Part shown: piece after piece, positions 13,402-24,860 of the stretch
How positions within the stretch are numbered: the stretch's first letter is position 1
How the letters are laid out: every line of letters begins with the position of its first letter
Source: Sphaerodactylus townsendi
Lineage: Eukaryota
NCBI RefSeq assembly: GCF_021028975.2
Contig: NC_059426.1
Span: forward strand, 118,420,001-118,484,000
Length of the DNA stretch: 64,000 nt
Reading direction: 5' to 3'
Position numbers and translations under genes: made by a program
Notes under the pieces: generated by a model
Database searches by the model: none
What the model was told of the DNA's origin: nothing
Seen by the model: the letters and a program-made list of their open reading frames with translations, nothing else

Positions 13402-13611
13402 CTTGCAGGCGTCTGGCCAATTCCATGGTAAAGTGAATATTGGCCAGCTTGCTTTGGCAGTAGGCCTGGCCCCAATTGTAGCTCTTCTCACTCTGGAGGT
13501 CATGGAAACTAATCTTCCCAATACGATGAGCCAATGATGACACATTCACAATGCGAGCTGGACTAGATTGCTTCAGGCGCTCTAGCAATAGGAACGTTAA
13601 AAGGAAGTGCC
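13402..13611 (-). CDS. RDH12: RDH12 coding exon 5 (HFLLT...YCQSK...RRLQ)
   Basis: 210 bp, catalytic YxxxK. Confidence 0.92.
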
Positions 13612-14128
13612 CTGAAAAAGACAGGTGAAAAATTACTGATTTTTTGCTTTTCTTCTGGAAAAATAAGTTAGCATTGCAAGTATTGCCCTACTGGCTACAC
13701 AGTTATGGGAATGTCTAATAAATTACTGGTTTCCACGATTACAGTGAAATATCTGTGACTGTACCTCTACTTTGTCTGTATAAAGATTTGTTAATATCTG
13801 CCCCCCCATAATCACTCATGTATGAGCTGTTGTACCATATTTACAATTATTTGTCTCTAAAGAGAGGCTGTAGAGAAACCAGACTTTTTTATTACCTCAG
13901 TATGTGTCAGCAGAGTACAGCTGATTTGGCTGTTGCACCTTTATCAAGAGATTGTGGGCCAAGCCAAAATGTGTATTTTAGGCGACATAATGCATCCCTA
14001 TTTCACAGTGTTCCTGAACAACTGGGTGAGGTGAAATGCATCCTAAATTGAAGAGAATTTTCTCATGGGTTCTTTAAGGAAGTGTAATGAGTACATCTAC
14101 TCACCACGCCAATGACTCAAGGCCTTAC

Positions 14129-14233
14129 CCAAGTGATTGACTCCAAACTGCATCTCAAAGCCATCGACTGTCTTAGAGTAGGAGCACATGATCACTCCTG
14201 CATTGTTAATGAGAATGTGGAGCTCTTTCTCTT
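14129..14233 (-). CDS. RDH12: RDH12 coding exon 4 ([13 protein letters not shown]...GVNHL)
   Basis: 105 bp, NNAG motif. Confidence 0.92.
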
Positions 14234-15609
14234 CTACAAGAAACAGACACAGGGAACACCAATGTTTCAGAGGAAATCCTAGCAAATAGAATCTACCACA
14301 CAACAGTCATATTTCTTTCAGATCCCACCACGATTCATAATGCAGGCAGCAGACTCCAGTGTTGGACATACCTTTACTTTAAAATACATCTACGAAAATA
14401 GAAAATTAGTGCAGCAAGAAGAAAAGCTGTATCTTTCTGTTTATTAGCTGGTTTCATAGTTGCATAGAATTTTGAAAAAAGGGAAATGTTCCAAAAAGTG
14501 ATCCTCCTCCTGACAGTCCCATATAACCTCCTGTCTCTCTGCACAGTCGTTCCCTTGTATGTGTTAACTGGGCTTAAAGCTGCTGTCCCTGGAGGCAATA
14601 CATAATCTACTGTCTTTGGAAAGACATTGCCCACATTATAAGGATACAATACTCCATCAATGTGACTTTTATTAACAGTCTATGGTTGAGCTTCAGGTTC
14701 ACAACTGAAAACTACAGTGTTCACGAGTTTGTTACTGTAAAACTGTTAGAACAAAATGGGCTGATCGGAATTAGGAATGAAATTTTCTAGTGGTGGGTTT
14801 TCCTAATGCAAAGAGGTTTGATTCTGATGTACTTGTCTACTCACTTTTGGATGAATGACATTAAGTGCAGCAATGTTGGCATTTGTAGAACTATCTGCAA
14901 ATATGCCTATCCACAAAGATGAAAAATAATATAACTATCTGACATGAACATTTTCTAACTCATCTGTGAGATACAATAAGAGAAGAGGCAAACAGCACAG
15001 TAATAGAGTCACTACTGACAAGGTTTTGTCAAACACACTCCTATTAATAACAATTCAAGGCAGAGAAGGATGAGCACCTGAGAGTGCTCTGCTGGTGCTG
15101 CAGGGAGGGAGTCTTGGATAAGAAGTGGTCAGGACATTTGAATACACCACACGTGTTCAAGGGTATGTGGCTGGCTAAATTAAAATACAATTGTTATCTT
15201 CACTAAATCTACATTACATTCACTGTGTTCACATACATATCAAGTCAGCATATATTCATATAAACACATGTACAAAGGATCAGGATAACAATATACCTGA
15301 GAGCCTATTTACCCCATTATGTTTTCCTCATATTCTCCTCAAATCAGCAAGATTAGATGCGTTTTGTGAGTTACGTGCTCAGAACTCAATTTCCAAGCAT
15401 CCAGGGGCCAATCTGGACTACGGTGTGCAGAAATGAGATACTTCCCCTGATGTTGTTTTCTTGATCTGAAGCAGTGCCAGGGATTGCTATTTGCCCTCTA
15501 GGGAAACCATGTATCCTGATAAGGCTGCATGCATACTTCCCCAATAATAGAGTCACTACTGATAAGATTTTGTCACGCACGCTCCTATTAACAATTCAAG
15601 GCAGATGCT

Positions 15610-16185
15610 CCATGTGCGGCCTAGTTATTACCAGGCTCAATTTAAGGTACTGGCTATCATAAAAAGTTCTTTGATCCCCCTTTTCAGCAGGATGGCCACA
15701 ACAGGCTGGGCCACAACAGCTCTGCTCATCTGATTAGGGCCTTCTGGAGATGACAGCCTGCAAATGGGTAAAGTCAGCTGCTGTCCATACAGGTGCTTTC
15801 TCCAATATGGCTCCCACTCTTATTGAATGGCCTGCCTGAAGAGGTCAGGACGGCTCCCACTCTCTTGGCTTTCCACAAACTATGCAAAAATGAATGATTA
15901 ATCAGAGCTTTTTTGAACAGGTTTAATCTTGGATAAATGATTGAGGACTATGGTCTGTATGGCTGTGTATAGCTTACTATAAGTAAAATCCTATTATGCA
16001 GTTTTTGCACTACTTAACGTTATGCTATGTTTTAGTTCTATCTTTTAGTTTTCTGGTTGGGTTCAAACTTCTACAATCCTTATGCATTGTTTACTGAATG
16101 TCCCGTTTTCTTGACTGTACTGACACTCTGTAATTCACCTTGAGATTTTGTGAGAATGTGGACTATAAATAACATTAAATAAATA
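15610..16185 (+). mobile_element. L2 LINE 3' fragment
   Basis: Degenerate L2 C-terminal coding motif followed by AT-rich 3' UTR and taaataaata tail. Confidence 0.5.
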
Positions 16186-16953
16186 CCCCCACCTTCTAAA
16201 TTAATACGGAGGGACAGGGTATTTTTGTTTATCATGCCATACCTTTGAAATATTCTTCCTGCCAAAAGTTTTGCCTAGAGCATCTCTTAACATATTCTGG
16301 TACCAGACAAAGTCTGTTTCATTTTGTCAGGCATTCAGGTGACTGATTTGATTTTTCTCTGATTTGAGCTGCTATTTGGTTTTTGTTTTGGCTCTCTCTC
16401 AAGTGAGATCTTCTGCTGCTGGTTGGCTTGATGTATAACGTTTTATTATTACAGTTCACGTGACATTTTTACTGTTGATTATTTTATTAATGTTATGAAC
16501 ATTAGCTGCTTTACAGTCTGTTTAGTTCAGGTGTCTGGGGAAGGCTAGAGACAGCAATATCTTAGATGTTTGAGGTGTTATGGATCCACGGTATGCAAGC
16601 AATCAAGTTTCAACAGACTTGCAAGGAAACAGAGTCCAAATAGAGGACACCGGGAGAACTCAGAAGAAGAAGCAAGCAGAATAGACTTCCTCAGAAGCAG
16701 TTAAGGAAGGATTGGAACCTGCAAGTTCTTCAAACAATCTCCAATTGTTTCCAGCATCACAAGTATACTTTATTAGATAGACTTCATTGGAAGAAGTCAC
16801 AGTCCTAAACTTTCATTATATTTAAACCATTTTTGAACTGTTACTTATTTGTCTGTGGGTCTTACACTCTGTTCTGGCCAAGTGGGTCTTACACTCTGTT
16901 CTGGCCAAGTGCTAGGCATCTGATTTTAGTTTGCTTGGGGAACAGAACAATAC

Positions 16954-17109
16954 CTTTTAGGAAATTCTCTGCAAATTCCTGAATAGACTTGGTGTCTGCC
17001 AAGTCTAACTTCTTTGCAATAACTTGCTGGTTCCCAGTCATGGTTCGGATTTCACATGCAGCTGCTTCTCCTTTCACCATGTCACGGCAAGCAAGGATGA
17101 CTCGGGCAC
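16954..17109 (-). CDS. RDH12: RDH12 coding exon 3 (ARVILACRD...AENFLK)
   Basis: 156 bp, ag/gt flanks, frame continuous. Confidence 0.92.
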
Positions 17110-18274
17110 CTGCAATAAGGAAAAGTAGGAAACTGTTTAATAATACCAGTGAGTTTATAAGGTAAAAGCAGTGTAGTTCAGAACTAGAAAAGGCCTACAC
17201 TGCAGTACGATATCATTGGCTCTCAGATCCAAATGAGTTCATTGGAGGAGAGATCTAATATTTTATTGTGAACACCATAATACAGAAGTTCACTTATGTG
17301 TTTGCAATGTATAACACATAAGTTCTCTTATGTGTTACACATTACAAAATACTATTGTAACAGTGAATCCAGAAGGCTATAAGGAGAGCCAGAGAAGCAG
17401 CAAGAATCATTGTGGTATAGAAAGAAGAAGAGTTGGTTGGTTTTTTCCTCTCCTGTAAAGTAGGTGGGGCTTAGAGAGTTCAAAGAGAACTGTAACTAGC
17501 CCAAGGTCACCCAGCAGGCTTCATGTGTAGGTGTGGGGAATCAAACCTGGTTCTCCAGGTTAAGAGTGTCAGACTGGAACCTGGGAAGCCCAGGGTCAGA
17601 TCCCTACTCTGCCACAGAAGCACACTGGATAACCTTCGGCCAGACACACTCTCATCCAAACCTATTTTACAGGGTTATTGTGAGGATAAAATGGAGAAGA
17701 GAACCATAAACACCACCCCAAATAGAAAGCCCATTACAACCAACTAGGCAGACTTGTTGAAGAAAAGAAAAGCAATCAAGGAACAGGCAGGCAAGATAGC
17801 TGGACTAGTTTTGTACAGAAGCAGTTTTGTACCTTATATCAAAGTGAATCACGGATAAGAGAGCGAGAAACCAACTGAAAGATGCAAAGCCATGCCACTA
17901 CAAGATGTGCATGTGTATCACAACCAGCTAGTTAGAGATCATCAAGTGAGAAAAAGCTCCTTTCTGACCCCAAATAAAAAACTCTGTATAGTAGAAAGCT
18001 CAGCAGCTCCTTTATGGGCCAGGATGCAGTAACAGGGCAGAAGCTCATGGGTTTAGGATGGCTTCTAACCAATCGCATCTAATTCCCCTCCTTAAGCCCC
18101 CTCCCTCCTTAACTTTCCACCCATGTCCCACATCTCTGTTATCGATATAGATTCCCTGGTCCCTAGCATACTCTTGCAGGGGTTAAAGGGGACCCTCTTC
18201 CTGTTTTTTACCAGTGGAAAAGTAGGTTGGCTCCAAACCACTAAATGTCTGACAGGTTGAGATAAGCAACTTGC

Positions 18275-18393
18275 CTCTTCTTGCAAGATCTTTGGCCGTT
18301 TCCTTCCCTATGCCAGTATTGGCCCCTGTGATTACAGCCACTTTTCCATTCAGCTTCACTGTAGACTTGCACACTCCTCCTGCAATATACTTC
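18275..18393 (-). CDS. RDH12: RDH12 coding exon 2 ([10 protein letters not shown]...[19 protein letters not shown])
   Basis: 119 bp; ends at a non-canonical G|GCAAGT donor. Confidence 0.9.
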
Positions 18394-18557
18394 CTAGAAA
18401 TATAAGGGTGTATATGTAATTCATATATTCAAGCACAAAGAGAAAATGCCATATGTACACAGAGAATTTCTGCATACGGAAACAGGGAAATTTTTCCAAT
18501 TCTTCCACTTACAGCAGTTTTCCAACCCCAAACCTTAATGATCCTGGGGTCCCTTAT

Positions 18558-18644
18558 TTGGCCATGTCTATTGGCCATGATGGTAGGGGCTGATGGGAAT
18601 TGTAGTTCATGAACATCTGGAGTGCCATAGGTTCGCCACCACGG
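18558..18644. mobile_element. Half of a palindromic hAT MITE
   Basis: tgatgggaattgtagtt...catctggagtgccataggttcgccaccacgg, same terminus as 57077-57196. Confidence 0.7.
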
Positions 18645-20268
18645 CAATAGGCCCTAACCAATTACAAAAGACCCTAACATGCGTAGCCCCCTAGAATAAC
18701 TACAAGCTACTTCCCACAACTGTGATTGACAGGATACAAACAGTATCTTGCCCCCTAGCAATACAGCATGGCTCACTGATGATGTTAGTCGCCAGTTGTG
18801 GGCGGCTGAACAAGGCGGTTCAGATGGTAAAGGACAAATCTCCCAATTCAAGATAGTCCTCACTAGGCACTTCCTCCTCCCAGTGTTTCTAAGGATCCAC
18901 TGACCCCAAAGAATTAAATGGGGGGAGGGGCTCAGTAGGCTGCATCAGGAGGGTTAATAGACAAAAAGCATCACACCCTCTTAAGAAATCCTTACGTCTT
19001 TGGAGCTAGTTAATGGATACAGGCCAGTGCTTTTTCTGAACAACACAGCTGATGGAGGTTTGGGGTTTTGCTTTTTTAAAGCAGTCTCTTTAAAACACAC
19101 ACCAGGTTTATTTTAATTTCCACACTTGTTATTTCACAACCGTTATCTTCTAGTGCTGAAATAATTATAGGAAGTTAACTAAACTAATAAAGAATGAAGA
19201 ACCATGGCACAGTTTAGTCTTAGCAAAACTAAAACAAAAGATTCAAGTTATACAAGGACCGATAGAAATAGTATCAGAATGTGATTCCAGTAGAATATCT
19301 CTTGTTTTCCAGTTTGTTTTATTCAGCAGTAAAAAAATTCTTAAGTGCTCTTTCTTAGCAAATAGATTATTTTAGCAACAGATTTAAAGGCTTACAGACC
19401 AAACCTATGCATATTTACTTGGAGGGAAACTGTTACATTCAGTAAGACTAAATAAATAGTCTTACAGATTAGAAAAAGGGATTGAGAGAATGCTTACACA
19501 GCTTTAAATAACAGTTAATAAGGAACAAGACAATATACAATACCCGTATCATTCCGGTTCAAGTGCCTCTTAACTTGTTAACTGACTCAGTAAATTACAC
19601 AATTATAGATCTAAGAGAGCTCATGCAATTCTCTTTCATTTGCACCTTAAATTATGCCTAATTTTCCTCTAATACATTTGCTAATTACAGAACTTTCCCT
19701 TGTAGGTGCATCTCAATGATAAATCTGTGTGTGCTGTCGAGTCACAGCTGATTTATGGCACCCTGTAGGGTTTTCAAGACCAGAGCTTGGGAAGAAGAGA
19801 GGTAGGATGATCTAAAATCTGTTGAATTTCTACCTATCCCGCATTTATTAATGATAAAGTCCACCAAGAAGCAAACTTCCCATTCTGTTTTTTTTTAAGT
19901 TGAGATCAAAACTACAACTTGTGCTGCTTAAAATCCCACCCCACAACAGCCGCATTAAGATAAAAACAGAACAAAAAACAGACAAAAGTATAAAAATTAA
20001 TAAACAAAAACAATATGTAGTGATGTGTTTAAAAACAGAGGCATTTAACAGATAAACGTACTAATAAAGACAGATGATCAAAAAATCTCCGAAAAAGGAG
20101 ACATACAGCACTTTAAAGACCAAGAATTTTACTGTTGTTGCCAGCCGCTTGCCATTTAAGCTGCTCTGGCACCATTAAATAGAAGTACTCTCTTGTACTA
20201 GGATGCACTTTGCAACTCTCATCTAATGGTGGTGGGATTTAAGCAGCCAGTCAAACCACAGTACAAAC

Positions 20269-20348
20269 CTGATATAAGGAGCAGCCATGAATACCAAGAG
20301 AGGGATGGTTATGGAGAGTGCCAGCAGGGAGCCCAAGAAGGCTAGCAT
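20269..20348 (-). CDS. RDH12: RDH12 first coding exon (MLAFLGSLLALSITIPLLVFMAAPYIR, signal anchor)
   Basis: ATG at 20348; AG|gtttgt donor, phase 2 matches next exon; candidate acceptor at 20404-20405 suggests an upstream non-coding exon. Confidence 0.85.
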
Positions 20349-22138
20349 TGTGCTGGTCGGTCTTCTGACTTCACTTTCAACAGTGTCTCTTCACAATGCG
20401 AATCTGGGATTACATATAATGCAGCTCTTTAGCACTGACTGCTGGCACTGGGGAAACAATGGCATATGTGTCACTTGTAGGTCGGAAGGTAAAATGGGGA
20501 TTATAGTCCTGTAATGTCGTTAAAAAATGCTCTGTAAGTAGAAACCAGGGAAAGGGGTTGGGAGCAGGAAATTGTTTATCGGGTAGGGGAGATGAGTATA
20601 AGGGGAGGCAATCTATCACTATTTACTATATTTATGGAGCCATTTTCAACTTGAGACAAGATGGTTTACATGGTATAAAGCAATGTAATCAAATAGCATG
20701 AGAGATCACTCAAGCAATTCAACAGAACTGGGCTTACAAAAATTCAAGCAGTGCAAAAAAAGTATCAAATATGGTATCTCAAGCAGCGCAGAAAGTGGAA
20801 TCACAAAAAATGAAAATAATGCTGTAAGATCACGATGCAATAACATACACTGTGGCATAGACTATGGTCCTGTTCTCTATTCGCTTCAACATCCATACAC
20901 TTTAAGGATGTGCAGAACAGCTCTTTTCAGATATTTGCCCCTATACAGCACACAGAGGATGTGCGCAGCATTAGGAATGAAGAAATCCACTTCCAACTCT
21001 TTTATCTTTTTAAAATATTGTAATACCCAGCCTAATGAAGAGTTCTATCGTGTTCAAAAGCTTGCAAAACGTTCTGTGTTAAAGGTATGGTATGGATTTC
21101 ATTCTTGTAAATGCAGACACCCCCTAAATCAATAAGTCAATGTGCTTTCAGTCCCCAAGGTACAGCACTCAACCTCAGGCCTCCCTGAGTTGCAAAACTC
21201 CAAGATGTAGGACTGATGTGTCTCCTTCCAACACTCTGAGGTCACAATGCTTACCTTCCCACACAGTGAAACTATGGTCCTGTGTCGATCTACTTAATAG
21301 GATAATCAAAATGCTAATCAACCAAGTTATAGCATGATGCCAAGTAGGCAACAATAGAAACAAAACCTTGTGAAAAAATCTGTGTAGATTAAGAGCCCCC
21401 AAATTCCCACGTGATCCCTCCAGAGATCACCTAGTTCTGCCCTGGAGGATTGATTGGCTGCAGCCAAGCCCAAACTGGTGCCCGAGAAAGTGCTGATTCA
21501 CACTCAGTAATATTGGTAGACTTCTGGTATTGCTCTGACATAGCAGAATGGTTGCTGCCCTGTCTTGGTAGAACATTCTTAAAATATGCACAATGCAAAA
21601 GAGTGGTCTAACGTATTGCTTTGTTAATAAAAGACACACAATGTTATTCTATATGTTATGTGTCTTATACAAAGATTGAACAGCAGGAGTAAGAAAAAAA
21701 AAGGAAGCTAAAATGTCACACCATTTTAAAATGCAGGAAATAGTTAAAAGCAGTTACTCCCCCACCCCTCCAAATGATGACAGACACACAGTTGAACAGA
21801 AACACTTCTCTAGATATTAGAAAGGGGATGATGTTGAAGCATTCTTTTTCAACTTTGAGAGAATGTGTAGAGGTTTTGAGGTCTCAGATGGGGACGGAAT
21901 GAAATATTTGCACTTACAAATTTGTGTTGGGCTCAGTGAAGTACATGCTGAGATCAGGGAGAAGAAACTCAGACTGTTTTTTCTCCAAGGAGAGAGTCAG
22001 AGGAAGATATGGTCTCACTGCTGAACAGAGCAGAAAGGAACTTCATGAATGAGGTGGAACAGGCCTGCTTTGACCTACAGGCCCATTTCTCCCAGGGGTC
22101 CCCAACTTCTCTTGGAAGGGGTTTCTCTCTGTCTAGGG

Positions 22139-22591
22139 CAGTGATGGCGAACCTTTTTGAGACCGAGTGCCCAAATTGCAACCCAAACCCCACTTATTTA
22201 TCGCAAAGTGCCAACCCAGCAATTTAACCTGAATGCTGAGGTTTCAGTTTAGAAAAAACCGGTTGGCTCCCTCTTCCTCCACCCCACCTGCTCGAGAAGT
22301 GGCGAGCCTGCTGTACCCTCCGGCAAGACCCGCACGCACCGCTCTGTGCCTCTCTGCCTCCTCTGCACCTCCCCCCCGCCCCGGGCAGCAGCCACCCAGA
22401 GCACAGGCACCAGGCCCGCCAGCCAAGTCCTCCCTACTCACTGCGGTGTGTGCACATTGTGCCAACCTAGATGTGTGTGTGTGGGGGGGTGATTTTCTGC
22501 CCCCCCGCATGACGAACTCTGTGTGTGTGTGCCCACAGAGAGGGCTCTGAGTGCCACCTCTGGCACCCGTGCCATAGGTTCGCTATCATTG
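22139..22591. mobile_element. Non-autonomous hAT (Buster/Charlie-type), 453 bp
   Basis: TIR CAGTGATGGCGAACCT / AGGTTCGCTATCATTG; perfect 8-bp TSD GTCTAGGG (22131-22138, 22592-22599). Confidence 0.88.
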
Positions 22592-22623
22592 GTCTAGGGT
22601 AACTGCTTCCACCACCTGACCTT

Positions 22624-23468
22624 TGTAGGAATGTCCCACACGGGGGGGGGGGGGGGCAGGGCCCCCTACCTTCCTTTCCAGCTCTGAGACTTTACCTCTG
22701 TGCTCCCACTTCCCTACTCCTGGGTACCACAGGGATGGTTTACTGCTGGGTGCGCCCCTGAAGGAATAGCTGCTTGCCAACTGGCAGGCTTCTTTCCTCC
22801 TGGCGCCTTCCTTTTTAAAGAGCATGTCCAAGACGGTAGAGGTCTATGTGGTACTGAAAACTGCTACTAGCATCCAACATAAAAAGTATTTATTAAAAAT
22901 AAAACTGTTTACAAAAATACTTTTACCAGATACAGCAAGGGATTTTTTAAAAATGAGAGACCAACACAACTCCCCTGTCCCTTTCTCTCTACATAGCCTA
23001 TCAGTTGTTAAAATAGGGTCAATGTTAGCATATTTCAGCTGCCTACAGATTCTCCACTACCTGGAAGATTCCTTCAGTGCATTGGAAAAGCACAAGCTCA
23101 AAATGGCTGCACCTTTCAGACACCAGCCCAGAACTCTCCCCCTTCAGTGGACTCAGCCAGAAGAGCCCCTCCCTCTCTGTTCCCAAGAGTTTTATCTGTT
23201 CCTAGTCCCCACCCCCTTGACCTGATCTGTCCGGTTCAAAGGAAGCTTTTCCTGCTGGATCCAGTATCTGCTTCCAGAGGCCTTTCTGTCTTTTTGAGAC
23301 CTCCAAATCTGTGATACCTGCTTGGAGAAGGAGGGAGACTTAACCCATCCCATTATCTCTCACTACCTGTATTAGCATTCTAAAGGTGGCTGGATGGGGC
23401 TGGATGTCTCCTGCCCAGAGGGGGGAAAGTGGTTTAAATATTCCCTTCAAGGGGGGGCGGGTGTCACA
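22624..23468 (-). mobile_element. Possible LTR-like element
   Basis: TG...TCACA ends, minus-strand AATAAA near 22890; TSD not resolved. Confidence 0.3.
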
Positions 23469-24179
23469 GCGAAATTAAAAGAAAGCCTGGAAGACTTATT
23501 CACATCTTGAGTGTTGACTAAACAGGGCCCTGACCAGATGGGTTGAGGGGAGTAAAGTCAAAACCTTTGAGGAGTTGAAAAATCTAGTGGAATTGGAACA
23601 ATTTTACAGGCAGGTTCCCTCACGACTGAGATGGTACCTCTGAGACAAAAAGCTAAAAACAGGGGAGGAAGTAGACACACTGTTAGATGAAACAAAAGGG
23701 GACTTGGGAAGATCTCTTTTCCAACCCCCAGTAAAGGGAAGTAAAGACTAACAAAAACCAATCCACTGGGGTGGAACAGACAAAACTTGATTCGGAGAGA
23801 AAGAGGGGGATGGCATCCTAAAGTGATATGAAGTACCAATGCTCAAAATTACAGAAAGTCATACAACACATCTCAGCTAAAACAGTCCATCTTATTAAAA
23901 AGGTTGAAAAGGGAGAAGAACCGCCCAGGAGCTGGTCACATTTAGGGTTTTTGGCTACTGAGAGGTGGGAGATTTCTCCCCTCCTGATCCCCACTTCACA
24001 GAATCCATTCCCTGATCCCTACATCTGTCGTACAAATAGTTGATCTTCGGGATAATTTAATTACAAGCTAACCGCGTTTCCTTCCAGGTCGTAAAATGCG
24101 AACTCCAATGTTAACCCGTTTAATGATTAATGTTAGCATTTAATTGAGCAGCGTCCCCTTTTGCCTCCTCAAATGAGGG

Positions 24180-24860
24180 ATGCCGCCCCACTGATATTCA
24201 CACAGGACGCGTCATCCCACCTTCTTTCCGTCAAACACGAGAACTTTACATAGGAAGCAAGCACAGCACAATCACAGCACAAAAGGCGCGACTTCTACCT
24301 CCCCGCCTGAACTCAGGTGGCGGCGCTGTGCAGCGCGCAGGAGTCCAAAGAAAAGCCGGCTTCAGGCGCCCTGATGGCGGAGGCGTTTCGGGAAGAGGAG
24401 ACGGGGAAGCGCCTCGTCCCGGAAGTGTCTGCGAGGCGATGCTGACGACCGCCGCTGCCGCCCCAGGTCCTCAGTGGCCGCCCCGGTGACAGAGTCGGGG
24501 AGTTAGTGCCGTTGGCTCTCGGCCGCCATGGCGGACTGCGGCCTCGGCTCCTCCGAGCACTTGGAGCGGCTGCACGAAATCTTCCGCGGCTTGCATAAAG
24601 AGCTGCAGGGCGCCCCGGAAAGGCTACGCGGGAGCTTGGCCGATGGTACGTGAGGAATGTCGCGTGAGCCTGGCGGCAGTAACCGGCCGCGGCTGCCGTC
24701 GTCATCGTCTCCACGGGGATAAACCTGCCCGCCCGAGCAGCGGCGGCGGCTGCGGGGGAAAAAGGGTCTTTTCAACCCTTTCCCCGTCGACAGCGCTTAG
24801 TCTGTGTGGCTGCCTCCCCGCTGAGCCTCTCGGGGTGGCCATCTTTCTCGCTCGCTTTTT
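24180..24860. promoter_or_regulatory. CpG island; VTI1B promoter, possibly bidirectional with RDH12
   Basis: High GC/CpG density; ETS site CCGGAAGT 24419-24426; candidate minus-strand donor GAG|gtagaa at 24299. Confidence 0.75.
24528..24645 (+). CDS. VTI1B: VTI1B exon 1 (MADCGLGSSEHLERLHEIFRGLH...)
   Basis: Kozak gccgccATGG; G|gtacgt donor. Confidence 0.92.

Larger units (their letters stand above)
11268..20348 (-). other. RDH12: Retinol dehydrogenase 12 (RDH11/12 family SDR), 320 aa; CDS complement join(11268..11370,12570..12759,13402..13611,14129..14233,16954..17109,18275..18393,20269..20348)
   Basis: 963-nt intact spliced CDS; TGANTGIG cofactor motif, NNAG, YCQSK catalytic motif, N-terminal membrane anchor; orientation relative to ZFYVE26 and C-terminal IEWD fit RDH12 better than RDH11. 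Confidence 0.85.

Noticed and set aside
20698-21135. 145-aa plus-strand ORF where RDH11 might be expected
   Set aside because: No SDR motifs; no exon-like similarity to the RDH gene
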